Of a stretch of 47,529 nt of DNA, positions 37,278 to 46,308 are shown one piece after another. Numbering within the stretch: the first letter of the stretch is position 1; every line of letters starts with the position of its first letter. The notes beneath the pieces are model-generated. The model worked only from the letters and a program-made list of their open reading frames with translations, was not told where the DNA came from and made no database searches. Location: positions 1-47,529 of IMG/VR virus record IMGVR_UViG_3300034349_000030. One strand, given 5' to 3'. The DNA comes from a virus (lineage: Duplodnaviria; Caudoviricetes). The translations under genes and the position numbers were made by a program.

Positions 37278-39392
37278 TTACGCTGCTTTCCGTAGCTTGA
37301 ACGCTACTGTGGTCCCAGCCTTGGTCTTTCTGAACTCCTCGAGGCAAACGATCTTGCCCTCCTTGTCGTAGGACTTGAGGGCCCCCCAACTCTCAAAACT
37401 GTATTTCCCTTCCGATAGCATGGGAGGGGAGAAGGTGACTCCCTCCATTGCCTTCCGCATGATTTCCATCCCACGTTTGAGGTGGGCCGCGGGCACCGAG
37501 GCTAGAAGCTCATCGTGGGCCGCTAGAATGAGCCGGTGGCCTCGAGCCTTGGCATTGTGGTAGCGAATCATCGCCTCCTTGGTGACGTCCGCAGCTCCAC
37601 CTTGGATGAGGATGTTTAGCATGCGATATGCAAAGTCCCGCATCTTGCCGTCAATGAACTTGGCAGCTTCACAGTAATACTCGCGGCCTCCCCACGTTCG
37701 GATCGGCTCTCCGCGCTTGGCCCGGCCCTTCATGTCGTCATTGAGAGCCCGGATTCCTGCAACCGCAGTGTAGATTGCTGCCTTGATCTGTTTGGCCTTC
37801 TCCACCGTACATCCCATCTTTCGGGCAAGCTTGCCCACACCCATCCCATAGATGATGCCGAAAACCGTTGTCTTTATGTCTTTTCGGGAGAAGGTGGATT
37901 GGAGGAGATCGTTGACGAGGCCTCGGATAAAGCCGTGGACGTCAAGCCACCAATTAGCTAGGTAGGAGTCGAGCAAAACCCCACCCTCGTAATACGCAAG
38001 GATGCGCAACTCTTGCTGGGAGTAGTCCCGATCAATGAACACCTCCCCCGGGTTGTATGGGATGAGGTAAGTGCGCAAGTTCGGGAGGATCGGCAAGTCC
38101 TCAATGGGGGAGGCGGGGAAGGCCTCGATCTTGGCGAACGTGGCCGCATAGTCCTTGTGGGCCTCTCCCATCTTGGCAAGGGTGCGCTCAATGTCGTGGC
38201 GGAAGATATCCGGGAACTCCTTTGCGAGGTTTTGAAAGTTCGGGGTGGAGGAAGCTCTCCCCGTTCGGGCTCCGTTCTTGTCTGTTCGGGTTGTGTGCCA
38301 AGTGCAGAAGATGAGGCCCCCGGTACGCTCCGCCACGCGCAACCAAGGATGCATGAAGGTACGAAGCGAGGTTGCGAGCTTCCCACGGTAGGTGAGAACG
38401 GCCCGAAATTGCTCATCGGATACCCCGCGCTCTATGGCCTCCTTGTTGGTTTGGATCTGCGGCTTGCCTCGTTTCCCTCCCTTAGTCATTCCGAGGAGGC
38501 CAACGTCCGCAACCTTGGCCGCAACCATCGCGGATACGAGAGCCTCCCCGGCGTCAATATTGAACACTCGGCCGAGGCGATCCCATATCCAAGCATCGAT
38601 GCAGTCAAGGACGTCATCATAGAAGCCAACGTCCCGACGGAGCTTCTCGAGGTTCACTCGAGCCCCTTGCTCCTCCATCTCCATGATGCAAGGGAGGAGC
38701 CGGCGCTCCCGGTTGTAGGCCTCCACCATCTTCCGCCGTTGGATCTCGGGCCACACCTTGAGGGCAATGCCTCGAGTCCTCGTAACGTCTCCGATCGCAT
38801 ACTGGCTAACCAAGTCCGGAGGGGCATACGCGATGTATGCTCCCGCGTAATGCTCCGATTTCTTGGACTTTGAAATCTTCACCCCGGGCACGGGTTGGTG
38901 GGTGATGAGCCAAGTGTGGACAGCGTCCCTCTCCTCTGGCGGTTCCTTAAGAAGCCGCTCCGCATTGGGTTTGAGTTCGAACGTTGGGAGCCGTGGATCT
39001 TGGAGGAAGAGAATCCACATGGTGTCGTGGATGCGATGCCAAGCCGGCATCGGGCAGCGGAGCTTGCGGACAGCAACGCACACATCGAATTTGGCGTTGT
39101 GAAAGAGGAGCGGGAGCTTGGAGCGAAACGCCTTGAGGATGGCCTTGCGACCTTGCTTCAAGGTGTGGGGGTTCTCGTGGCCGATGTGCCCCCAAGCGTA
39201 ATACACAGGCTTGCGTCCGGGCCACCAAATAGCTACCCCCACCGGAGTGGGTGGATAGTCCGGCCTCGGCTTGATGGGCATGGACTCAAAGTCCACCACG
39301 ATCGCATCTTGGAAGGTTTTCCGGGAGACGTCGAAAGCCTTCACCACTCCATGTGCTAGCGCTATCTGGCTTCGGGCAAGGGGCTTACACAT
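37278..39392 (-). CDS. polA: DNA polymerase family A with 3'-5' exonuclease
   Basis: Exonuclease motifs DFE, HNAKFD, HDT, YA..D; polymerase motifs TGR.SS..PN.QN, DYSQQELR, K...FG..YG, IQG.AAD, HDE. Exact start uncertain. Confidence 0.96.
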   Translation of the reverse strand: MCKPLARSQIALAHGVVKAFDVSRKTFQDAIVVDFESMPIKPRPDYPPTPVGVAIWWPGRKPVYYAWGHIGHENPHTLKQGRKAILKAFRSKLPLLFHNAKFDVCVAVRKLRCPMPAWHRIHDTMWILFLQDPRLPTFELKPNAERLLKEPPEERDAVHTWLITHQPVPGVKISKSKKSEHYAGAYIAYAPPDLVSQYAIGDVTRTRGIALKVWPEIQRRKMVEAYNRERRLLPCIMEMEEQGARVNLEKLRRDVGFYDDVLDCIDAWIWDRLGRVFNIDAGEALVSAMVAAKVADVGLLGMTKGGKRGKPQIQTNKEAIERGVSDEQFRAVLTYRGKLATSLRTFMHPWLRVAERTGGLIFCTWHTTRTDKNGARTGRASSTPNFQNLAKEFPDIFRHDIERTLAKMGEAHKDYAATFAKIEAFPASPIEDLPILPNLRTYLIPYNPGEVFIDRDYSQQELRILAYYEGGVLLDSYLANWWLDVHGFIRGLVNDLLQSTFSRKDIKTTVFGIIYGMGVGKLARKMGCTVEKAKQIKAAIYTAVAGIRALNDDMKGRAKRGEPIRTWGGREYYCEAAKFIDGKMRDFAYRMLNILIQGGAADVTKEAMIRYHNAKARGHRLILAAHDELLASVPAAHLKRGMEIMRKAMEGVTFSPPMLSEGKYSFESWGALKSYDKEGKIVCLEEFRKTKAGTTVAFKLRKAA

Positions 39393-39398
39393 TTCGCA

Positions 39399-39641
39399 TT
39401 ACTCCACCGGGAAAAACTCGAGGTACTCTTGAGGAACCCACCCAACCAACATATCGATCGGATCTTGCTTGGGGATTTGCGGGACGGTATCGAAATGGAT
39501 TTCGAAAAGCGGAGCGTATTCCGTGGACAGGGATGCCCGCGTAATCTCTCCCGCCGTCCCGGGGATGAGGTAGGGACGATCAAAGCGTCCCTCGGGCAGC
39601 TTCACGATCTTGGTGAGCTGAACTCGATCCCCAACTCTCAT
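39399..39641 (-). CDS. Hypothetical protein (80 aa, small beta domain)
   Basis: GAGGAG RBS, ATGA overlap, MRVGDRV start. Confidence 0.65.
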   Translation of the reverse strand: MRVGDRVQLTKIVKLPEGRFDRPYLIPGTAGEITRASLSTEYAPLFEIHFDTVPQIPKQDPIDMLVGWVPQEYLEFFPVE

Positions 39642-39976
39642 GGGAGTGGCTCCTCATGCTCCGGCAAGGGGCCATACTTCAAGGTCCCGCCCACCGGCCC
39701 GGAGAGCTTTTGCGTTGGTGTGGGAGTTGGTGGTGTGGGCCCATCGCAAAGCTCGAGGGCCGGGCACTTCTGCAACCTATCACGGAGACGAAGCTCCTCC
39801 CGGATCTTCCGCTGCATCTCCTCCCGGTCCCACCGCACTTGCTCCGCAACTCGGAATGCGCGGTGGGCCGCATGATGATCCCCCGCATCGTGGAACTCAT
39901 CGCAAATCCTCCTCCACTGCACTTCTACCCCGGCCCACCTTACGGGAATCCTCAACGGAAATTGATAGTAAATCAT
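39638..39976 (-). CDS. Hypothetical protein
   Basis: In-frame ATG at 39976 (MIYYQF) of ORF 39638..40195; start uncertain. Confidence 0.5.
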   Translation of the reverse strand: MIYYQFPLRIPVRWAGVEVQWRRICDEFHDAGDHHAAHRAFRVAEQVRWDREEMQRKIREELRLRDRLQKCPALELCDGPTPPTPTPTQKLSGPVGGTLKYGPLPEHEEPLP

Positions 39977-40287
39977 CGTCGATTCCCCACCTTGGCAAGT
40001 TCGGTCCGTGCCCGCTGGCTCCGGACTCTGTTCAAGCGGCCTTGGATGCGTTGGAGCCACACCTCCCGGGCCTTCCCATCCATCTCCCGTGAGCGTAGCT
40101 CGAGGCAACGGCTTTCGGTTGCCGTGCGTAATACTCGGTTGAGTTCTATCCATGTTGTTGGCTGCATTCGGGGGAGCGTTGGAATCGGATCCCACGGCAA
40201 CGATGAACCTTCCTCATCGATCCGCGCTCCCTGGCACCGTTTAGCGGATGCTGCTAATCCGCCGGAGGTTGGTGGGTGCCATACCAC
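39973..40287 (-). CDS. Possible hypothetical protein
   Basis: Its stop overlaps ATG 39976 (ATGA) and it fills the gap. The start is probably downstream of 40287. Confidence 0.4.
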   Translation of the reverse strand: MVWHPPTSGGLAASAKRCQGARIDEEGSSLPWDPIPTLPRMQPTTWIELNRVLRTATESRCLELRSREMDGKAREVWLQRIQGRLNRVRSQRARTELAKVGNRR

Positions 40288-40322
40288 CGTGAGAGTTCAC
40301 AACGCTCTCACGTACCATGGAC

Positions 40323-41132
40323 TTAGAACTTACCACCCTTTCGAGCCTTGCCCTTGGAGGCCTGAGCTTCCTTGTCTCCTCGAGCTTCGGGCTTGGGATA
40401 CGGAAACTCGATCGCTTTCGCTACCTCGAGATGCCGATCCTTGAGGATGGGGAGGATATCCTCATCCTCCACTTCGTTGATGGGGGCGAACTTGAGGGGG
40501 CCCTTGTTGCTGCCCGTGCAAGAGATTTCCGTGAACATTGCCCACGTGGGCCGGAGGAGAGTGTCCTTGCATGACTTGGCGTATCCTGCAAAGTCCTTGA
40601 TCGAGGTGGGAGGAACCTCGAGGTAATACACGGTTGCGGCCTTGATGGCAGAGGCATCGAGGGCTTGGAAATCCCCGGCCTTGTCGAAAGTGCCCGCGCA
40701 AATGAGACCGAGGCGGATTTTGTTCTTGCATGCCTTGCCCTTGGCCGCGGCTCCGTTGGGCTTGGTGGCCGTGCCCCACTCGTTGTGTTTGCATGTTTCG
40801 CAGTTGCCCTCGCATTGCGGCTCCGGAGCCGCATCGTGAGGGCCCATTTCGTCTTGTGCGCGGCCAAACGCATAGCAGATCGGAGGCTGCGGGTTGTCCT
40901 CATCGTAGGCCCCGGAGAAAAAGCAATTTTCCAAGACGAAGTCGAGCACCACGCAAGCAAGCCGGCTGCCCGGGATTGCGGAGCCATCCACCGTGAGGGT
41001 GCCATCCTTGATGGATACGAACTTCCCACCACCGATGCCCGCAACCGTGCGAACGCTCTCCTCCGCATACTTCGCCAGCTCCTCACTCCACTTGATGAGG
41101 GCCTTTTCTTCAACTTTCGCTGTCTTTGCCAT
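40323..41132 (-). CDS. Conserved phage replication protein, putative ssDNA-binding/annealing protein
   Basis: Y....P..P.C.A, C..C..N.WG, GKAC.N, VPPTS...F..Y pattern typical of PolA-type replication modules. Function is inferred. Confidence 0.6.
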   Translation of the reverse strand: MAKTAKVEEKALIKWSEELAKYAEESVRTVAGIGGGKFVSIKDGTLTVDGSAIPGSRLACVVLDFVLENCFFSGAYDEDNPQPPICYAFGRAQDEMGPHDAAPEPQCEGNCETCKHNEWGTATKPNGAAAKGKACKNKIRLGLICAGTFDKAGDFQALDASAIKAATVYYLEVPPTSIKDFAGYAKSCKDTLLRPTWAMFTEISCTGSNKGPLKFAPINEVEDEDILPILKDRHLEVAKAIEFPYPKPEARGDKEAQASKGKARKGGKF

Positions 41133-41169
41133 GATCTGCATTCCTTCCGTTTGGTTGTCTGGTATTACA

Positions 41170-41625
41170 CTATCGACGCTTAGTGAGGGAGATCGTTGGG
41201 ACGTTGAACACGTCCACCCCCGGAACCTTCTTGCCCGCCTCCCACCGCTCCTTGACTGCGGCCTTGGATACGCGCTTCTCCATAAGGTCAAAACTGCCCG
41301 TTGCTATGATGTGCTTCCAGAGCTTTGGCCAGCTCCCCACGGTGGGGACTTTCCGCATCTCCACCGTTGCCCGGACAAGCTTCCCGACAACCCCCTCCGC
41401 ATCGTCCTTGGGGAGTTCCTCAATGAGATGGTTGGTGATTGCTTGGACGTGGGCCTTTACTAGTTCAACCTCTGCATTGAGGTGGTGGAGATGCTCCCGC
41501 AATGCATGTAGCTCATCCGCACAAGCTCCCATCGTGGTGGGAATCTTGAAGTTGGCGGCGGCCTCAAAGATTTCAACGGCCCGGGCTACCTCCCGATCCT
41601 TGGTCGCGGCCTTCTTACTTGCCAT
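41170..41625 (-). CDS. Gp157/Gam-like small replication-module protein
   Basis: Coiled coil, then W..L...I...G.FDL..KRVS..AV.E....G..VPGV. GAGGGGG RBS. Confidence 0.55.
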   Translation of the reverse strand: MASKKAATKDREVARAVEIFEAAANFKIPTTMGACADELHALREHLHHLNAEVELVKAHVQAITNHLIEELPKDDAEGVVGKLVRATVEMRKVPTVGSWPKLWKHIIATGSFDLMEKRVSKAAVKERWEAGKKVPGVDVFNVPTISLTKRR

Positions 41626-42268
41626 CGGATCCCCCTCGGTTGAATGTTGGCAGCTCCGGGAAGTAGTGCTTTGTCCGGTGGTGGGTTTGGATGAGCCAAA
41701 TCGCAGTCTCCACCACTTGCTCCACCGTGCGGCCCTTGGTGTCGATAATGTGCCAGTCCGACGCGTCCGATCGGAACCCTTGGTGATGGGCCCACAAGGA
41801 TGAGTATCCGTGGGCAAGGCTCGCCATGCGGGCCATGCCGCGCTTACCATAAGAATCCTCATTCCGGGCATGGACGCGATCGAAGCATACGATTGGATCC
41901 GCCCATAGCAGAATATTCAATGCCGGCTTTGGTAATACGGAGTTGAGATTTTGGATCCACTCACCGGAGAGCCCATCTTCCTTGCCGTAAACGTAGCCCG
42001 ATACCGTGTAACGATCGCAAATGAGTAGGCCGGGGTGGAGGAGCGCGGGGAGGTTCTCAAGCCGGTTGGCAGTCTGCAACGCCTGAAACACCACCGGATC
42101 GATACTTTCGGGATTCTGCCTCATCATCCGACGGACCGAGATGCCCGCGGGAGTGTTGAAGGTGGGGAACCTCTGCCACCGTGATCCGGGCATGCGTGCA
42201 GCAACCCGCAGTGAGATCTCCGTCTTTCCAACTCCGTCGATCCCTTCAAACGCAACTATCTCTGCCAT
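41615..42268 (-). CDS. tmk: Thymidylate (dTMP) kinase
   Basis: FEGIDGVGKT P-loop, RFP, ANR, CDRY..S...Y, P.P...I.L. Confidence 0.92.
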   Translation of the reverse strand: MAEIVAFEGIDGVGKTEISLRVAARMPGSRWQRFPTFNTPAGISVRRMMRQNPESIDPVVFQALQTANRLENLPALLHPGLLICDRYTVSGYVYGKEDGLSGEWIQNLNSVLPKPALNILLWADPIVCFDRVHARNEDSYGKRGMARMASLAHGYSSLWAHHQGFRSDASDWHIIDTKGRTVEQVVETAIWLIQTHHRTKHYFPELPTFNRGGSDGK

Positions 42269-42322
42269 GATGGTCCTTTCGTGAAGAGCAAGAGCCTATA
42301 GTTTACACTCGGGAGTGTAAAG

Positions 42323-42697
42323 CTATTTCTTCAATCCGGGGAAGGTGCTTAGGATGCGCTTTTGGGTGCTCAAGAGGATGCTCCGGCACCTCCGACGATA
42401 GAGCATGCGGCCAATGATGGGGAGCCGCTCGAGCTTCGTCTTGGGGGTGTGCTTCATCACCTCGAGCAAAGCCTTGTGGTCCCCCATTCCGTAACACCAC
42501 CCATAAATCAAAGCCTTCTCGAGCGGAGAACCACCCTCCCGGGCTCTCCGTTGGTTCTCCGGCCTCACGGCTTGGGAGATGGTGGCCGCGATGGCAGCTC
42601 CGCACGTTGGACAGCAACCATATCGAGGCTTGTCGAATGAGTGCCCGAATGGACAACGGTAGGTCACGGACCGGGGGCCTAGGATGATTTCAAGCAT
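42323..42697 (-). CDS. Hypothetical protein with a zinc ribbon
   Basis: GAGGA RBS and ATG 42697; CP.GH...CPTC. Confidence 0.5.
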   Translation of the reverse strand: MLEIILGPRSVTYRCPFGHSFDKPRYGCCPTCGAAIAATISQAVRPENQRRAREGGSPLEKALIYGWCYGMGDHKALLEVMKHTPKTKLERLPIIGRMLYRRRCRSILLSTQKRILSTFPGLKK

Positions 42698-42929
42698 CGG
42701 AGTCCTCACTTTCAAGAGCCTCGGCTTCCATCGCTGCATCATGGGCCCGGGAGGCAATGTCATCCGCGAACATCTCCTCCACAAAGGCCCGGGCAGACTG
42801 CCCGGCCTTGAAGGCCGGCTTCGCAATCTCTGCAAGCTCATAGGGATCATCCTTGCCCCAAAGATCGTCCGGGCACCCAAGCCTCTTGGAGACTTGCACC
42901 ACCGCGGTTTTCCATTGCTTGAACGTCAC
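42690..42929 (-). CDS. Hypothetical acidic protein
   Basis: GTG 42929 overlaps the upstream TGA; GGAGGG RBS. Confidence 0.6.
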   Translation of the reverse strand: MTFKQWKTAVVQVSKRLGCPDDLWGKDDPYELAEIAKPAFKAGQSARAFVEEMFADDIASRAHDAAMEAEALESEDSDA

Positions 42930-43249
42930 TTTGAGCCCCTCCCCTTCAACTTGGCGGACTTCCGTTCCGCGGCCCGCTCGCATCGCCAGCACCAATCCGC
43001 GAACTCGGCCTTGAGGTGCCTTTGTAGGATCTGCGAAACAATACTAGAAGCAATACGGGCACGCTTCGCAGCCTTGGTGAGGGAGTTGAATGGGAGCCCC
43101 AAGCCCGCGGCCCCAAGGGCAACGGACAAAACGATCCGCTGCCTCTCCATAGCCGTGACAACGGCCCCCATTGCCATCTCCACTTGGTTCTTGGAAAGCC
43201 CGAATTTACGGAGGTTGTGCTTGATTTGTGTGAAATCGGCTTTTGTCAT
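42926..43249 (-). CDS. Hypothetical protein (107 aa)
   Basis: GAGGT RBS, ATGA overlap. Confidence 0.7.
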   Translation of the reverse strand: MTKADFTQIKHNLRKFGLSKNQVEMAMGAVVTAMERQRIVLSVALGAAGLGLPFNSLTKAAKRARIASSIVSQILQRHLKAEFADWCWRCERAAERKSAKLKGRGSK

Positions 43250-43521
43250 CTCGACACCTCAAAAGGCTCCGTAACCGTTTCGCGTAATACCTTAATGACA
43301 TCCTCCGGAATGTCTAGCCGAAGCGCTGTCACGGTTAGGTCCTCAAGTTTAGTTTCGGAATCGCGAGACTCCCCGGGGTGTAGGGTTTTCCACGCGGAAA
43401 GAATGTGCCCCCTGTGAACCTTCCAAAGATCGTCCCGAGTTCGCGCAATGATAGCGGGATTTTCCTTGCATGCTTGCACGGCCACCGGAATCCCTTTGTA
43501 GCAAACCACCAATGCCATCAT
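43246..43521 (-). CDS. Hypothetical protein (91 aa)
   Basis: ATGA overlaps at both ends. Confidence 0.65.
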   Translation of the reverse strand: MMALVVCYKGIPVAVQACKENPAIIARTRDDLWKVHRGHILSAWKTLHPGESRDSETKLEDLTVTALRLDIPEDVIKVLRETVTEPFEVSR

Positions 43522-43967
43522 CGGAGCACGTTATCCACGCAGCCCCACTCACAGCGGTTGGGGCCTTGTTGAAGGTGGAACCCCTCCGGGCACTCGTTGG
43601 GCTCATCGCACGGCGGGAGGGTTGCAGGATCGATGTGCTCCACCGTACCCACCGGGGGAGTGGCTTCGGGAGCTTGCTCCACCACCGTGGTGGTCTCATC
43701 GGTGGGGAGGGGCTCGCAAGCCGTGAGGGTGAGGCAGGAGAGGAGGAGCGCGGCCAAGCACGCTTGGAATGTGCCCGGAATGGTGGGCCGCTTCTTGGGG
43801 GTGGTGGGCCTCACCACCATGAGGGAGCCCCCAAACGCTGCCCGGTAGGTCCGGCGGGCTTGCTCCACGGTGATGGTGCCCGAGTTAACTAGGGCCTCGA
43901 GGCGGGCAAGAGACCGCTCCTTGCCGGCGAGACGGAGCACGGAGATGAGTTCTACAGTTGTTGCCAT
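43518..43967 (-). CDS. Membrane/lipoprotein-like protein with a Cys-rich C-terminus
   Basis: AAGGAAGG RBS. Internal hydrophobic stretch ending LTAC, Pro/Thr linker, four-Cys domain. Confidence 0.6.
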   Translation of the reverse strand: MATTVELISVLRLAGKERSLARLEALVNSGTITVEQARRTYRAAFGGSLMVVRPTTPKKRPTIPGTFQACLAALLLSCLTLTACEPLPTDETTTVVEQAPEATPPVGTVEHIDPATLPPCDEPNECPEGFHLQQGPNRCEWGCVDNVLR

Positions 43968-44012
43968 GGTGTGAATCCTTCCTTTTACGTATTACCTTGC
44001 AGCTTGTGTGCC

Positions 44013-44045
44013 ACTATGCCGGAGGGGCTTAGGCTCCGGCATAGT
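44013..44045. other. Intergenic hairpin (12-bp stem, 9-nt loop); possible terminator or processing site
   Basis: ACTATGCCGGAG / CTCCGGCATAGT; no poly-T tail. Confidence 0.55.
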
Positions 44046-44054
44046 TGGGACTAC

Positions 44055-44307
44055 CTACAGGGAGTTCCTCGCAAACGGCACCCTATCGATCGCGGCCATT
44101 AGTGCGCGGCCGTTACTCGGAACGAGCACGAAGCCGCGTTGAAGATTGAACGTCCACCACTCCCCGTTAGGTGCCGCTGCGGTGGATTCCGTCTCGTAAT
44201 ACTCTCCGGCTACGCCAACCCGTCGCACGATCCGCTTGTTTCCGAATGCCGTCCTAATTGTCTTTTTGGTCCTCAACTGCCTTCTGACACATCTCGGCAA
44301 ACTTCAT
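44055..44307 (-). pseudogene. Small gene possibly split by a 1-nt slip in an A5 run
   Basis: GGAGG RBS and ATG 44307 give only 17 codons. Deleting one A at 44263-44267 fuses them to ORF 44055..44300. Confidence 0.35.
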
Positions 44308-44370
44308 GTGACTACCTCCAACTGACGTTTTATGTCGCTACTTTTTGCATGTGGTGACGTATTACGGCCC

Positions 44371-44910
44371 TTATGGGCAAAGCCAAACGATAAACCCAGC
44401 TATGGCAAGGAGGAAGAAAGCGGCACCCACAAGGAAGCGCCGGACGGCCCTCTCCTTGGCTTGGTGATGCTTCCCCACCGTCTCCGCGTAAGCCTTCCCA
44501 AGGGCCTCGGCCTCCTCATCCGTTACCACGTCCACAAAGGCCGTGGAGCGCTTGCAGTGGTGCATATAGCCGAGGGAATCCGCGCAATGCTCGGATGTGC
44601 CGGGGAGGGCATCTACAGAGCGCACCATCTCGGAATAAGTCTCGAGTTGACTTTGAATTTGCTCCTCGAGCTTCGCCTTGGTAATGGTGAGCGGGATGGG
44701 GGACCCGAAGTCCACCGGAGCTTGCATCTCCACCAAGGAAACCTCCGGAGCCTCCCACCGCACGCAGCAATCGGCCCCACCCTTGGATGAGCAATGAGCC
44801 TTGGCGCAATTCTCACACAGGGTGGGGACGTGGGTAGGCGTCCCATCCTCGGCCTCGTAGGGGATGAGCATCCGGCAATCTCGGCAACCGCAGCGGGCAA
44901 ACATCTTCAT
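44371..44910 (-). CDS. Cys-rich protein with a C-terminal transmembrane anchor
   Basis: CxCxxC and CxxC motifs; ends FLVGAAFFLLAIAGFIVWLCP. Confidence 0.7.
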   Translation of the reverse strand: MKMFARCGCRDCRMLIPYEAEDGTPTHVPTLCENCAKAHCSSKGGADCCVRWEAPEVSLVEMQAPVDFGSPIPLTITKAKLEEQIQSQLETYSEMVRSVDALPGTSEHCADSLGYMHHCKRSTAFVDVVTDEEAEALGKAYAETVGKHHQAKERAVRRFLVGAAFFLLAIAGFIVWLCP

Positions 44911-45335
44911 GGTGTGGGATCCTTTTCAAGGTCTCTTTCGAATTCAAATTCTGAGTCCTCAACGATCGTGGCAACAGTTCTATAGACTCCCGTCTCCACC
45001 CAATGCCGGAGAGCTGCAAGGCCAAGCGAGGTGGATTGAAACACCTTGGCCCCTCGAGCGATGAAGTCCCTAACCTCCCCGCGGCTTCCTTCCGAGTTCT
45101 CCCACCCATCCACCACGATCGCCGCGTCCGCTCTCCGGGCAAGCTCCATGGTGCCATCCAACCAAAACTTCTCGGTCAAGAGGCCGTTAAAGTGCCGGGT
45201 GTTGGTGTGGGGGCAAAGTGGCATCGCTCCGACATGGGCCACCTTGAGAGCAAGCCCCTCGGCATGCCGCACGTTTTGCTCCACCTCCCATGGGGTTTTC
45301 GCACGGAATGGGCCAATGATATAGACAACTTTCAT
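44907..45335 (-). CDS. Nucleoside 2-deoxyribosyltransferase-like protein (DUF4406/DUF1937-like)
   Basis: VYI.GP, P.CPH, L...D, WE.S.G...E. Confidence 0.8.
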   Translation of the reverse strand: MKVVYIIGPFRAKTPWEVEQNVRHAEGLALKVAHVGAMPLCPHTNTRHFNGLLTEKFWLDGTMELARRADAAIVVDGWENSEGSRGEVRDFIARGAKVFQSTSLGLAALRHWVETGVYRTVATIVEDSEFEFERDLEKDPTP

Positions 45336-45338
45336 GTA

Positions 45339-45563
45339 TTACGCTCCTTTTCTAAACTTACACTCCTCTGCCGAGTAGACAGCTTGGAGCTTGGCAACAA
45401 TCTCCTCCGCGTCGATGATATCCTCGAGAAGATCCGCGCTCAAATCTCCGGTGGCTTCGGCCACCTTGCGATCGTGGCGGAGTCCCCGAAGGTGGGCCAC
45501 CCAACGATTCAAATCCTCAGAGGCCTTCTGCAACCGCACGTAATTGTCTGCTTTCGCTGCCAC
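45339..45563 (-). CDS. Hypothetical protein (74 aa)
   Basis: GGAG RBS; 3-nt gaps to both neighbours. Confidence 0.7.
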   Translation of the reverse strand: MAAKADNYVRLQKASEDLNRWVAHLRGLRHDRKVAEATGDLSADLLEDIIDAEEIVAKLQAVYSAEECKFRKGA

Positions 45564-45566
45564 GTA

Positions 45567-45881
45567 TTACGCTCCAATCTTCCCAGGGTGGAGTCTCACG
45601 AACTCGTGAACATCCTCGAGCTTGGCCGTGATGGGGAGGTTTTGGGCCAGCTCAACCCTAGCCTTCCGGAGAGCCCGAAGATCATCCTCGAGGCCTTGCC
45701 AAGCAAGCGGGGGAGCCTTTATCGGACCATCCCCACGAATGTGGGAGGCCACTCGGGTTACATGCTGCCACGTCAAGCGCTCCAACCGGGCATTCCTCTC
45801 ATCCATGGCAGCGGCACGGTAATACGCTTGCAGGTTGCCAAGACGTCCAAGATCCTCGATTGACATGAGGTGTGGGCTCAT
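45567..45881 (-). CDS. Hypothetical protein (104 aa)
   Basis: Operon tiling, AAGGA RBS. Confidence 0.7.
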   Translation of the reverse strand: MSPHLMSIEDLGRLGNLQAYYRAAAMDERNARLERLTWQHVTRVASHIRGDGPIKAPPLAWQGLEDDLRALRKARVELAQNLPITAKLEDVHEFVRLHPGKIGA

Positions 45882-45883
45882 TT

Positions 45884-46120
45884 CTAGGATTCCTTCCGCG
45901 AGAACGTGAGTTCAGCGTATTGCCGCAAGCTATAGGTTTTGAATTGCGTGCGGTACCCCTTCGGTGATTTGGCATCCAAGAAGCTCCGGACATACACCGA
46001 GTTGAACGGAGCACCATCCGGGAATTTATGGGTGAGGCGGGCCTTAACCGCAGCCTCAGAAACCTCCCCAACCACGATGAGCCGGGGAAATTTTGCTATT
46101 TGTTCCATCGTGGATCCCAA
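45884..46120 (-). CDS. Hypothetical protein
   Basis: Operon tiling; likely start at MEQIAK. Confidence 0.55.
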   Translation of the reverse strand: MGSTMEQIAKFPRLIVVGEVSEAAVKARLTHKFPDGAPFNSVYVRSFLDAKSPKGYRTQFKTYSLRQYAELTFSRKES

Positions 46121-46308
46121 AACCTATAGGTGTTGCGCTTGAACATGGGATGGTAGACACGGAAGAATAACCCGCGTGCATCCTCCCCAACCTTTGCCAC
46201 TTGCGTGGAGAGCGGCCCGCACACAACCCCAAGACGTTGGCAGTCCTTGAGGCTTAAACTTAGCTCTACCCAATCCCCAACCCGCAGCGCTGGAAGATCC
46301 GCTTTCAT
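46096..46308 (-). CDS. Hypothetical protein (70 aa)
   Basis: GGAGG RBS, ATGA overlap. Confidence 0.6.
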   Translation of the reverse strand: MKADLPALRVGDWVELSLSLKDCQRLGVVCGPLSTQVAKVGEDARGLFFRVYHPMFKRNTYRFWDPRWNK

